Source: an uncultured delta proteobacterium (lineage in GTDB: Bacteria > Desulfobacterota > Desulfobacteria > Desulfobacterales > JAFDCJ01). From it: 64,000 nt of DNA. Each line of letters opens with the position of its first letter. The first letter of the stretch is position 1. This document shows positions 53,225 through 62,703 of the stretch, one piece after another. Under the pieces are notes generated by a model. That model searched no databases. It saw nothing but the letters and a program-made list of their open reading frames with translations, and had not been told where the DNA came from. The position numbers and the translations under genes were made by a program. The stretch is taken from contig CAVYNY010000020.1 of assembly GCA_963769935.1 (NCBI GenBank), forward strand, positions 128,001 through 192,000. Reading direction: 5' to 3'.

Positions 53225-53521
53225 AGAGAGGTTGCGCGGTTCAGGGTTCTGCGTTCGGGGTTGAACGGATGGGGACTTGATTTAATTTGCTGAATTTACG
53301 CATTATCGTTTTGATAAGTTCGCTTTTATAACTTGATAATGAAACAATTCTAGCCTTTAAAACTAGCAATAAAGAAGGGGGCGGACGCCCCTTTCGGTTT
53401 AGCCGGTTAATATTTATCCATAGGCGTTTATCTGCCTTTTTTCGTGCTTTCGATCTTTCGTGTTTTCGTGATTAGATTATCTTTTTTTGGTGGATCCAGA
53501 TTTCGTATTTCCCGGAGGGTA

Positions 53522-54240
53522 TATGGGTTTTGCATACCATTTCGACTGGGGGGTGTTGTGGCGCCAGCCCTATGGCATGTGGCTGCTGCAAGGGCTGTGG
53601 CTGACCATCAAGATCGGGTTTTTGGCCTGGATTATCGCCTTCTTCCTGGGAATTTTCGTGGGCACCCTGCGGGTAACCCCCTGGCGCTGGCTGCGCTTCT
53701 ATCGCCGCGGCCTATACCGAGGTGTTTCGCAATATTCCTTTTCTGGTCCAGCTGTTTTTCTGGTATTATGCCGGCCCCATGGTTTTCGGAGAATATTTAG
53801 GGCGCCAAATCAACCATATAATGGGCCTTAACTACTACATAGCCATTTTTGCCCTGGGATTGTACACCGCCTCCCGGGTGGCCGAACACCTGCGGGCCGG
53901 ATTCGCCTCCATCGGCCGCGACCAATACCAGGCGGTGCTGTCTACCGGCATGACCCAATATCAGATGTACCGCTATGTGATCATTCCCTATGCACTGCGA
54001 ATCATTATGCCGCCGCTGACAACCGAGTTTCTGACCATATTCAAAAATTCATCGGTGGCCATGACCATCGGCGTGGCCGAACTCACCTTCATGAGTTATC
54101 AAATCGATGCGGAAACGTTTCACGGGCTGGAGGCAACCACCGGCGCTATGGCGATCTACCTGATTCTGGGTCTGACCGTGGTGCGCATCATGGGCATGGT
54201 TGAAAATAAATTCAAAATACGGGGCCTGATCGGGAGGTAA
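53522..54240 (+). CDS. Polar amino acid ABC permease; frameshift near 53705
   Basis: GLWLTI, FRNIPFLVQLF, IFKNSS. Confidence 0.85.
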
Positions 54241-54242
54241 GC

Positions 54243-54900
54243 ATGTTCGACGCTGTCACCCGCAATATTACCTTCCTGATGGGCGGCTTTCTCGTGACCC
54301 TCGAATTGACTTTCTTTGCCCTGCTCGGCGGCATTGCCCTGGGCGCCTTGGTCGGGCTGGGCCGGATCTCCAAACGTCCCTGGATTTACTACCCGGTTAC
54401 GTTGTACGTCAACTTACTGCGCAACATTCCGCTGATCCTCGTCATTTTCTGGTTTTACTTTGTGATGCCGATCATCGTCGGACAGCGCGATGGATCCTTT
54501 TCCTTCGGCGGTGATCTCCTTTATTATTTTCGAGGCAACCTATTTCGGCGAAATCTTTCGCGCCGGCTATCAATCCATCAGCAAGGATCTCAGCGCGGCT
54601 GCCTATTCAACCGGCATGACCTATGCCCAGACGGCACGCTACATTCTGGTTCCGATAGCGTTTCGCCGCATGCTGCCGAGTCTGATTACCCAGTCGATCG
54701 TCACCTTTCAGGACACCAGCCTGGCTTTTGTCATCGGCCTGCAGGAATTCGTGCGGCGAGCATCCATCGTGGACAACCTGGAAGTTCGCTCGATTCAGCT
54801 TTTCGGCTTTGTGGCCGTTGTCTTCTTCATTTTCTGTTTCATCGGTTCCAAAATTTCCCGGCATTTCGAGGAAAAAGGCAGAAGGGCAGGCTTGCTATGA
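54243..54900 (+). CDS. Polar amino acid ABC permease; frameshift near 54487
   Basis: LRNIPL, YFGEIFRAG, FQDTSL. Confidence 0.85.
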
Positions 54901-55620
54901 TTGAAATTAAAAACGTGAGCAAATGGTTTGGTGATTTTCAGGTGCTTGACGGAGGTGAATGAAACGATTGAGCGCGGCCAAACCGTAGTTATTTGCGGAC
55001 CGAGCGGGTCGGGCAAGAGTACCCTGCTGCGCTGCGTCAACGGACTGGAGCCCTACCAGGAAGGCGAAATCTTTGTCGACGGCGTATCGCTGAGCGACCC
55101 CCGGACCAATCTTTACAAGCTGCGGGAAAATATCGGCATGGTTTTTCAGCGATTCGAACTCTATCCGCATATGACCGTTTTGCAAAACATCTGCCTGGCG
55201 CCGATAAAAGTCCGCAAGTGGCCGAAACACAAAGCCGCCCAAAAAGCCATGGCGCTGCTGGAGCGCGTCGGCATTCCCGACAAGGCGGATGCCTATCCGG
55301 CCAATCTTTCCGGCGGCCAGCAGCAGCGGGTGGCCATCGCCCGCTCCCTGGCCATGGAACCCCACTACATGATGTTCGACGAGCCCACCTCGGCCCTGGA
55401 TCCGGAAATGATCAAAGAGGTTCTGGATGTCATGATCGATCTGGCAAAAGAAGGCATGACCATGCTGTGCGTTACCCACGAGATGGGCTTTGCCCGCGAA
55501 GTGGCCGATGAAATCATCTTCATGGACTTCGGCAAAATCGTCGAGCGGGGCACCTACGAGGAATTCTTTAAAAATCCCAAGAGCGAAAGAGCCAAGGAGT
55601 TTTTGGATCAGATTTTGTAA
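54897..55620 (+). CDS. Polar amino acid ABC ATPase (GlnQ/GltL-like); frameshift near 54950
   Basis: [47 protein letters not shown]. Confidence 0.9.
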
Positions 55621-55831
55621 ATATGCGCTAAGAAGTTTTATTCGAATAGTGTAAATAATGAATGGATTCTATTTTAGGCTTTTAAATAGACAGGATTTAC
55701 AGGATTATTTGGATTTTTAAATTTCCGGTTTCCGGAGGAAACCGAATAAACTCTTGTTCATCCTGCTAATCCTCTCGGAATAAAATATCAAAAAGGAATC
55801 CATTCCCCTATTAGAAGAAGGTCATTGTGAG

Positions 55832-56563
55832 ATGGAAAAAGTAATCGGTATCCTCGGCGGTATGGGGCCGGAAGCCACCGTGGATTGTTTCGACAAGATT
55901 ATCAAAAATACCCCGGCCGCTAAAGATCAGGATCATATCAGGGTCATCATCGATTCCAACCCCAAGGTGCCCGACCGTACGGCGGCCATCATCGGCGACG
56001 GTGAATCACCGGTGCCGGTATTGGTAGCGGGCTGCCGGGCCCTGGCGCGTGCCGGTGCCGATTTTATCATTATTCCCTGTGTTTCCGCGCACGTCTTTCT
56101 ATCAGAGATTCAGCGGCAGATCCAACTGCCGGTTTTGTCCATTTTTGATGCAGTGGCCGAGGCCGTCACCCGGGACCACCCGCAAATTAATACCGTCGGA
56201 CTGCTGGCAACTACCGGCACGCTCAGCGGCGGGCTTTTTCAAAAGCGCCTCGGGCAGGATGCAATAAAAACCCTGGTATGCGAGGATGGGGTGCAGTCAA
56301 GGGTTATGGCAGCCATCTACGACATAAAAAATGCGCATGCCGCCCGCAGCCGATCCGAAATCACGACCGACTTAATTGCGGCGGCCGAGAGCCTGATCGC
56401 CCGCAGTCCGGAGGGCGCCCAAGGCATCATTGCCGGCTGCACTGAAATTCCGCTGGCCCTCAAGCAGGAACACCTGGCGATCCCCTATTTCAATGCCGTA
56501 ACCATCCTGGCTCGTGCTGCGGTTATGCGCGCCGGTATAGAGCCGATTCCCCTGTTGCGTTAA
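55832..56563 (+). CDS. Aspartate/glutamate racemase family
   Basis: GILGGMGPEAT, PDRT, PCVSAH, AGCTEIP (two catalytic Cys). Confidence 0.9.
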   Translation: MEKVIGILGGMGPEATVDCFDKIIKNTPAAKDQDHIRVIIDSNPKVPDRTAAIIGDGESPVPVLVAGCRALARAGADFIIIPCVSAHVFLSEIQRQIQLPVLSIFDAVAEAVTRDHPQINTVGLLATTGTLSGGLFQKRLGQDAIKTLVCEDGVQSRVMAAIYDIKNAHAARSRSEITTDLIAAAESLIARSPEGAQGIIAGCTEIPLALKQEHLAIPYFNAVTILARAAVMRAGIEPIPLLR

Positions 56564-56714
56564 GGTGCTCGATGTTTAAATGTAGGTTGTGAATTGTAAG
56601 TTGTAAGTTGCGGATTGAACAAGATTGGATTTTATTTTTATATTTTCGAAAGCTTTGTAAAGAAACTCGATTAATATTGCCCATTTGTTTCCACTAAACT
56701 ATCAGGAGGTCATC

Positions 56715-57062
56715 ATGCCGGTCGGGAGCATTGAAAAATTTCAAACCGAAAGAGAAGAATTGAACAACCTTGTCATGGAATACGCCGGTCTGGGCACCAA
56801 GCGATTTTACAGCCTGGACTCGCAGGCTTACCGGGACGGCGCTCTTCCGGCAAAGTTCAAAGAGCTGCTGGGTCTGGTGGCCTCATTTGTATTAAGGTGT
56901 GACGATTGCATCAAATACCATATTATCCGGTGTTTCGAAGAAGGCGTCACCGACCAGGAATTGGAGGAAGCCCTGTTTGTCGGATTGATTGTCGGCGGCA
57001 CCATCACGATTCCCCATCAGCGGCGAGCCATTCAGGCGTGGGATGAAATGAAAAGTAAGTAA
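56715..57062 (+). CDS. Carboxymuconolactone decarboxylase/AhpD family protein
   Basis: GALPAKFKELLGL, RCDDCIKYH. Confidence 0.85.
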   Translation: MPVGSIEKFQTEREELNNLVMEYAGLGTKRFYSLDSQAYRDGALPAKFKELLGLVASFVLRCDDCIKYHIIRCFEEGVTDQELEEALFVGLIVGGTITIPHQRRAIQAWDEMKSK

Positions 57063-57111
57063 TTTTCAATTCACACTTGATATATGCATAAATATGTGTA
57101 TAATATAGACC

Positions 57112-57387
57112 CTGACGTTTACCTGGGATGAATCAAAACGTAAAATTAATCTTATTAAACATGGAATGGATTTCGTTGATGCGAAGGATGTATTTCCAGG
57201 TGCAACCTTTACGTTCGAGGACGATCGGTTATCTTACGGCGAACAAAGGTTCATTACAATTGGCTTGTTAAGAGATGTCGTGGTTGTAATTGCTCATACT
57301 GAGCGTAATGACGAAATTCGTATTATTTCCATGCGAAAGGCCACCAAATATGAGCAAAAAATTTATTTCCAAGGATTCACAGACTGA
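57112..57387 (+). CDS. brnT: BrnT family toxin (start codon uncertain)
   Basis: FTWDESKR..N..KHG.DF, YGEQR, IRIISMRKA. Confidence 0.85.
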   Translation: MTFTWDESKRKINLIKHGMDFVDAKDVFPGATFTFEDDRLSYGEQRFITIGLLRDVVVVIAHTERNDEIRIISMRKATKYEQKIYFQGFTD

Positions 57388-57685
57388 TTGGCAGCGTATT
57401 AATTCTATGCAGGATGAAGACATCGATACGTCTGATATTCCTGAAGTTACTGAAGATCAAATGGCAAAGGCCAAATTGCGCCTTGGCGGCAGGGATGTGT
57501 CTAAAGGCAAAATCCGAGTGAATATATTCCTGGATGCAGAAGTTGTCGCCTATTTCAAAGCAAAAGCCGGTGGACGGGGTTATCAAACACTTATCAACGA
57601 AGCGCTGAAAACGAATATCCGGAACATCGACCTGGAAAATATCATGCGCCGGGTGATTCGCGAAGAGCTTCATGCGATAGACTGA
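57350..57685 (+). CDS. brnA: BrnA family antitoxin
   Basis: TDW.R, ID.SDIPE, LDAEVVAYFK...G.GYQTLINEAL; overlaps brnT. Confidence 0.88.
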   Translation: MSKKFISKDSQTDWQRINSMQDEDIDTSDIPEVTEDQMAKAKLRLGGRDVSKGKIRVNIFLDAEVVAYFKAKAGGRGYQTLINEALKTNIRNIDLENIMRRVIREELHAID

Positions 57686-57710
57686 TTCAACGTGGAAAGT
57701 GGAGTAGAAA

Positions 57711-59072
57711 ATGGATCATATTCTGGCGGAAGTCATCAAACGGGCAACACGCTATCTTGCCGAACTGCCGGGCAGACGGGTAAGCCCTGCCCCGGATGCC
57801 GTGGACGGCCTCAGGCGCCTTGACGTGCCGCTGCAGGATCATCCGCTCGAACCGGCAACCGTGCTTGCCGAGTTGGACGACATCTGCTCCGCTGCTACGG
57901 TGGCATCCGCCGGCGGACGCTATTTCGGGTTTGTCATCGGCGGCGCCCTGCCGGCGGCCGCGGCGGCCAATATGCTGGCGGGGGTTTGGGATCAGAACGC
58001 TGGTCTGGAAGCGGCCTCGCCGGCGGCGTCATTTATCGAAGAAGTTTGCCGGCAATGGCTGCTGGCATTGTTGGGACTGCCGCCGCAGACCGCCGTCGGA
58101 TATGTCACCGGGGCAACCATGGCCAATTTCACAGGGTTGGCCGCAGCCCGGCATGCGCTGCTGGCAAAGCAGGGCTGGGATGTTGAATCCCGCGGGCTGT
58201 TTGGAGCCCCGCCCATAAAAGTTATCGTCGGGGAAGAAGTGCATGTAAGCGTGCTGAAAGCCTTGAGCATGCTCGGTCTGGGCCGGGATCGGGTTGAAAG
58301 AGTGCCCGTTGACGGTCAGGGCCGCATGCGGGCTGACTTGCTGCCTCGAGTTGATGGACCGGCCATTATTTGCCTGCAATCCGGCAACGTGAATACCGGG
58401 GCCTTTGACCCGGCCGCCGAGATTTGTCTAAAGGCCAGGAAATCAGGGGCCTGGGTCCACGTGGACGGCGCCTTTGGATTGTGGGCGGCCGCCGTGCCGC
58501 AAAAATCTTTGCTCGTGGACGGTGTGGCCGATGCCGACTCATGGGCGACGGATGCTCACAAATGGCTCAATGTGCCTTACGACAGCGGTCTGGTTTTCGT
58601 GCGCGACGTCCGCCACCTGGCGGCCGCCATGTCGACCCATGCCGCCTACCTGATCGAAGGGGCACGAAGAGAGCCCTGTCAGTACGTTCCGGAGCTGTCG
58701 CGCCGGGCCCGCGGCATCGAAATCTGGGCCGCGCTGCGATCATTGGGAAAATCGGGAATGGCGGACTTAGTCGCAAGATGCTGCCGGCATGCGCTTCAAT
58801 TTGCCGAAGGACTGCAGCAGGCAGGGTATCGGGTGTTAAATGAAGTCGTGCTCAATCAGGTCCTGGTTGAATTCGGCGATGAAGAACAAACGCGCCGCGT
58901 GATAAAAGGCATCCAGCAGGACGGCACCTGCTGGTGCGGGGAAACCAAATGGCAGGGACATGTTGCGATGCGAATCAGCGTATCCTCCTGGGCCACCACC
59001 GCAGAAGACGTTGAAAAAAGCCTGGCGGCTATTCTCAGAGTTGCGGCTGAAGAAACAGGAGGCAAGCGATGA
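57711..59072 (+). CDS. PLP-dependent group II amino acid decarboxylase
   Basis: YFGFVIGG, HVDGAFGLW, DSWATDAHKWLNVPYD, ELSRRAR. Confidence 0.9.
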   Translation: MDHILAEVIKRATRYLAELPGRRVSPAPDAVDGLRRLDVPLQDHPLEPATVLAELDDICSAATVASAGGRYFGFVIGGALPAAAAANMLAGVWDQNAGLEAASPAASFIEEVCRQWLLALLGLPPQTAVGYVTGATMANFTGLAAARHALLAKQGWDVESRGLFGAPPIKVIVGEEVHVSVLKALSMLGLGRDRVERVPVDGQGRMRADLLPRVDGPAIICLQSGNVNTGAFDPAAEICLKARKSGAWVHVDGAFGLWAAAVPQKSLLVDGVADADSWATDAHKWLNVPYDSGLVFVRDVRHLAAAMSTHAAYLIEGARREPCQYVPELSRRARGIEIWAALRSLGKSGMADLVARCCRHALQFAEGLQQAGYRVLNEVVLNQVLVEFGDEEQTRRVIKGIQQDGTCWCGETKWQGHVAMRISVSSWATTAEDVEKSLAAILRVAAEETGGKR

Positions 59073-59917
59073 AAATTCAGATTATTCAGGTACCGTATGA
59101 CTGCGGCTACAAGGATGTGCGACAGGGACGGGCTCCGGAATATTTTCTGAGTAACAACCTGGTCCCATTGCTCGAAGCCGACGGACACCGTGTCGAGGTT
59201 TCCCGGATCGAGGCCAAATCCAGGTTTACCCTGGAAGTGGGAACCGCCTTCGAACTGAACCGGCTATTGTCTCCGGCAGTCAAGAGCGCCGTCGCTGCCG
59301 GCAGGTTCCCGCTCGTGCTGGCCGGCAATTGCAACAGCTGTCTGGGCAGCATCGCCGGCATCAATTCGGATCGATTGGGAGTTGTCTGGTTTGATGCGCA
59401 CGGGGAATTCAACACTCCGGAAACAACCCTCAGTGGATTTCTGGACGGAATGCCGCTGGCTATCGCGACGGGGCGCTGCTGGAAGGGCGTCGCAGGAACG
59501 ATCCCGGGGTTTACAGCGGTCGGGGAGTCCGATGTCATCCTGGTAGGCGCGTGCGACCTGGATTCCGAGGAACAGCGGCAGCTGGAGCAAAGCGAAGTGA
59601 ATGTGATAAAATCCGCAGGCCGGAATGACGAGGAGATTTTAAAATCGATCGAAGCGGCGCTGGTGCGCCTGCAAGGCCGGGTTGGCGGCATCTACCTGCA
59701 TATCGACATGGATGCCTTTGAAATCAGCGAAGGCCGGGCCAATCATTATGGGGCCACCGGAGGCTTGAGTGTCGCGTTGATTGAAGGGGCTATTGCCGCA
59801 GTCAAGAAGCACTTTAAAATAATGTCCGCCACGCTGGCCTCTTTCGATCCGGCCGGTGATACGAACGGCCTGTTTTTAGAGGCCGGGCTGCGATGTATCA
59901 GAAAGATGACGTCGTGA
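59069..59917 (+). CDS. Arginase/ureohydrolase family protein
   Basis: LAGNCNS, WFDAHGEFNTPET, GMPLA, YLHIDMD. Confidence 0.85.
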   Translation: MKIQIIQVPYDCGYKDVRQGRAPEYFLSNNLVPLLEADGHRVEVSRIEAKSRFTLEVGTAFELNRLLSPAVKSAVAAGRFPLVLAGNCNSCLGSIAGINSDRLGVVWFDAHGEFNTPETTLSGFLDGMPLAIATGRCWKGVAGTIPGFTAVGESDVILVGACDLDSEEQRQLEQSEVNVIKSAGRNDEEILKSIEAALVRLQGRVGGIYLHIDMDAFEISEGRANHYGATGGLSVALIEGAIAAVKKHFKIMSATLASFDPAGDTNGLFLEAGLRCIRKMTS

Positions 59918-60031
59918 AGTGATACTTGTCCGGCATTATGGTTTAATATTTCGTATTTTGGTGGAATCCAGCATGATCGGTTCAGGGTCCAAGGTTGATG
60001 ATTTCCTAATAAGTCCGATTCCGTCATCTTG

Positions 60032-60120
60032 CTGGATGCCCGCCTGCGCGTGAATGACAATAAATTAATAAATATCAAGCAGATATGATTACTGTCATGC
60101 CCGCGAAGTCGGGCATCCAG
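60032..60120. repeat. Inverted pair of REP-like palindromes
   Basis: CTGGATGCCCGCCTGCGCGTGAATGAC and GTCATGCCCGCGAAGTCGGGCATCCAG, between convergent genes. Confidence 0.75.
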
Positions 60121-60213
60121 TCGTTAAAATGGCTTTTACGATATCACCAGGGTTCAAAGGATACAACACCGGGAGCAATTAGCTATACGGATGTTGCGCG
60201 AGGTTCGGGCAGG

Positions 60214-60729
60214 TCAGCAATCGATGCCCTTGCGGGCCAGGACGCCTTTCTGGTAGTAGTGTTTGATCTCGCGCATCTCACTGACCAGATCGGCCCGTTC
60301 GATCAGCCGCGGATCCGCCTTACGCCCGGTGAAAATCAACTCGACGCCGGGCGGCTTTATATCAATCAGCGCCGTCAGGTCGTCCGCCGACAACAGGCCA
60401 AAGTGAGTGGCAATATTGGCCTCGTCAAGGATGACGACATCATGACCGCCCGCGGCAACGATTTGTCGGACCTCGTCGAGTCCGGATCTGGCAAGCTGAA
60501 CATCCTCGTCGCCCGGCTGCCCCTGCAGCCAGCAGCCGCTGCCGTACTGACGGCAGGTAATCAGGTCCGGAAATCGCTCCAGCGCGAATATTTCGCTGTA
60601 TTTCTCCGACTTGACAAACTGGGCGATAAAAACCTTCAGACCCGCTCCGGCCGCCCGCAGGGCAAGACCCATCGCCGCCGTGGTTTTGCCTTGACCGTCA
60701 CCGGTGTATACTTGGACGTATCCTCTCAT
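60214..60729 (-). CDS. cobO: Cob(I)alamin adenosyltransferase CobO/BtuR
   Basis: VYTGDGQGKTTAAMG, QFVK, ILDE, FTGR, ADLVSEM. Confidence 0.92.
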   Translation of the reverse strand: MRGYVQVYTGDGQGKTTAAMGLALRAAGAGLKVFIAQFVKSEKYSEIFALERFPDLITCRQYGSGCWLQGQPGDEDVQLARSGLDEVRQIVAAGGHDVVILDEANIATHFGLLSADDLTALIDIKPPGVELIFTGRKADPRLIERADLVSEMREIKHYYQKGVLARKGIDC

Positions 60730-60733
60730 GGCA

Positions 60734-61339
60734 TTACTGCAACATAGCCTCGTGGAATCTCTCCGCCATTATTTTATAGCCTTTATCGTTTGGGTGAATC
60801 GGATCACTCATCAGATCACGATTTCCCATAATGCCTCCAAGAATATTGGGAATAAGGGAGGCGCCGGTTTCATCGGCCAGTTTTTTATAGGCCCTTCCGA
60901 AACCGCGGTCCCTTAACGGAAAATTCAGCCCGCCGATAACCACCCGCGCTCCCTGTTTCTGGATTGATTCAACAATCATCTTCAAATTCTTAAAAGCAAT
61001 ATCTTTGGCAACACCGTTTTTAAGATCATTGCCGCCTAGCGTGATCAGAACCACATCCGGAGATCTGGCCAGTACATCGCGATCGAGCCTCTGCAGTGCT
61101 CTGGCTGTCGTATCCCCCGGCACACCCATATTTACCACAGGCTTGGCAATAAGTTTCGACAACTGCGCCGGATAGTCCATGCCTTCGCCGGCCCCGGTGC
61201 CGTAAGTTAAACTGTCTCCAAAGCAGATGATGGTCTCATAGGGTATCTTGGTGGAGCCCATGCGGGGCGAAGAGAAAAATAACCTGTAACCCAGAAATAC
61301 AATAGCAACCGCAAGAAAAATATAGAATAGTTTTTTCAT
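60734..61339 (-). CDS. SGNH/GDSL arylesterase
   Basis: FGDSLT, GVPGDTT, LGGND, DPIHPN. Confidence 0.9.
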   Translation of the reverse strand: MKKLFYIFLAVAIVFLGYRLFFSSPRMGSTKIPYETIICFGDSLTYGTGAGEGMDYPAQLSKLIAKPVVNMGVPGDTTARALQRLDRDVLARSPDVVLITLGGNDLKNGVAKDIAFKNLKMIVESIQKQGARVVIGGLNFPLRDRGFGRAYKKLADETGASLIPNILGGIMGNRDLMSDPIHPNDKGYKIMAERFHEAMLQ

Positions 61340-61418
61340 ACCCTAACAGTAAAGAATTCTGGGCCAGAAGACCAAGTATTCAATGTTGAAATAAGCCTTC
61401 ACGCCAGCTGCATGATCG

Positions 61419-62351
61419 TCATAGTTCCCGGCGGATCGGATAGGCCGGCGCCTCTTTCTGGGGCCGCCAGTGGACCACCAGGATGCCGGACACGATAAAT
61501 ACAAGTGCCAGCAATATCTTAACGGTAATGGGTTCTCCCAGCACCAGCCCCCCCAGAGCGACACCTGAAATCGGCATGATAAAGATGAATGAATGCAGCG
61601 CAACTGCGCCGTATTTTTTGAGCATGGTGTTCCAGGCCACAAATCCGAAAGAGGCGGAAATCAGGCTCTGGTAAGCCAGCGCACCAATGACCGGGCCATC
61701 CAGATTGAATACCATCGGGGTGTCCCATAGCAGGGCCTCCATTAAAAAAATCGGAACCGAAAACAGCGTTGAATACATCACCACCTGAAAAGGACTGAAC
61801 GTGCTGATCACCCGCTTCAGATACACCGAAGCGCAGGCCCAGAAAAAGGTGGCGCAGAGAATGATCAGATCTCCCGTACGCAAGCCGGCGGCGGCCGCAT
61901 TTTTATCCAGAAACATTATGATCACCCCCGCAAATCCCAGCAGGATTCCGAAAAATTTTCGCCGGGTGATCCGGTCCCCCGGTATAAAAAAGTGGGCCAG
62001 AAATAAAATAAAAAAGGGCAGCAGATTCGCAAGCAAGGCGCCGCGGGAAGCGTTTGTTTTGCTGAGCCCCAAATAAAACAGCGACAACTGGATCGTAAAA
62101 AGTATTGAAAATATCAGCACCTGCCTGATTTGCCCCTTTTTCAGAGCGACGGTCCGCCCGGTCAATCTGGCCCACAGGTAAATAGTCACCGCGGCGGTGA
62201 GGAAGCGGAGGGCGGCGGTGGTAAACACCCCCAAACCGGTAAAAGTAATCTTTACGGCAACGGTATTGGACCCGAAAATTGCGCACAAAAAAATTGTGTA
62301 CAGCGCGGCCGCCAGGGGAAGCTCCTGATTGGACGGCAATTGATCTGCCAT
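61419..62351 (-). CDS. DMT/EamA transporter
   Basis: About 10 TM segments, two EamA halves, LGEPIT. Confidence 0.88.
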   Translation of the reverse strand: MADQLPSNQELPLAAALYTIFLCAIFGSNTVAVKITFTGLGVFTTAALRFLTAAVTIYLWARLTGRTVALKKGQIRQVLIFSILFTIQLSLFYLGLSKTNASRGALLANLLPFFILFLAHFFIPGDRITRRKFFGILLGFAGVIIMFLDKNAAAAGLRTGDLIILCATFFWACASVYLKRVISTFSPFQVVMYSTLFSVPIFLMEALLWDTPMVFNLDGPVIGALAYQSLISASFGFVAWNTMLKKYGAVALHSFIFIMPISGVALGGLVLGEPITVKILLALVFIVSGILVVHWRPQKEAPAYPIRREL

Positions 62352-62703
62352 TGGGCACCGATTTTTCAAAAGCAAAAGTAATCTTACAGCGTCGATAACA
62401 ACTTGTGATAAATGCCAAGGTAGTTTGATACACCACTTGGATGACCTTTACAAGGATCTAAACTGATAGGAAATCTTTGACAAATAAATATGATTGTGAA
62501 ACAGTCCGCCTCGGAAAAAATTTTTGCTCAATTGAACCAAGGCTTGAACCCAAAGTCCGGGCCGGCGTAAAAAAATATGCGCAGCATAAAGCAATTCATC
62601 CGCCGGACCTTAAATCTTACAACTTCCCTTCGTATTAAAAGAAAAATATACAGCCCTGAAAGCGCTGTTTTTCAGGGCGGATGAATTAGGAGGATTTAAA
62701 TCA

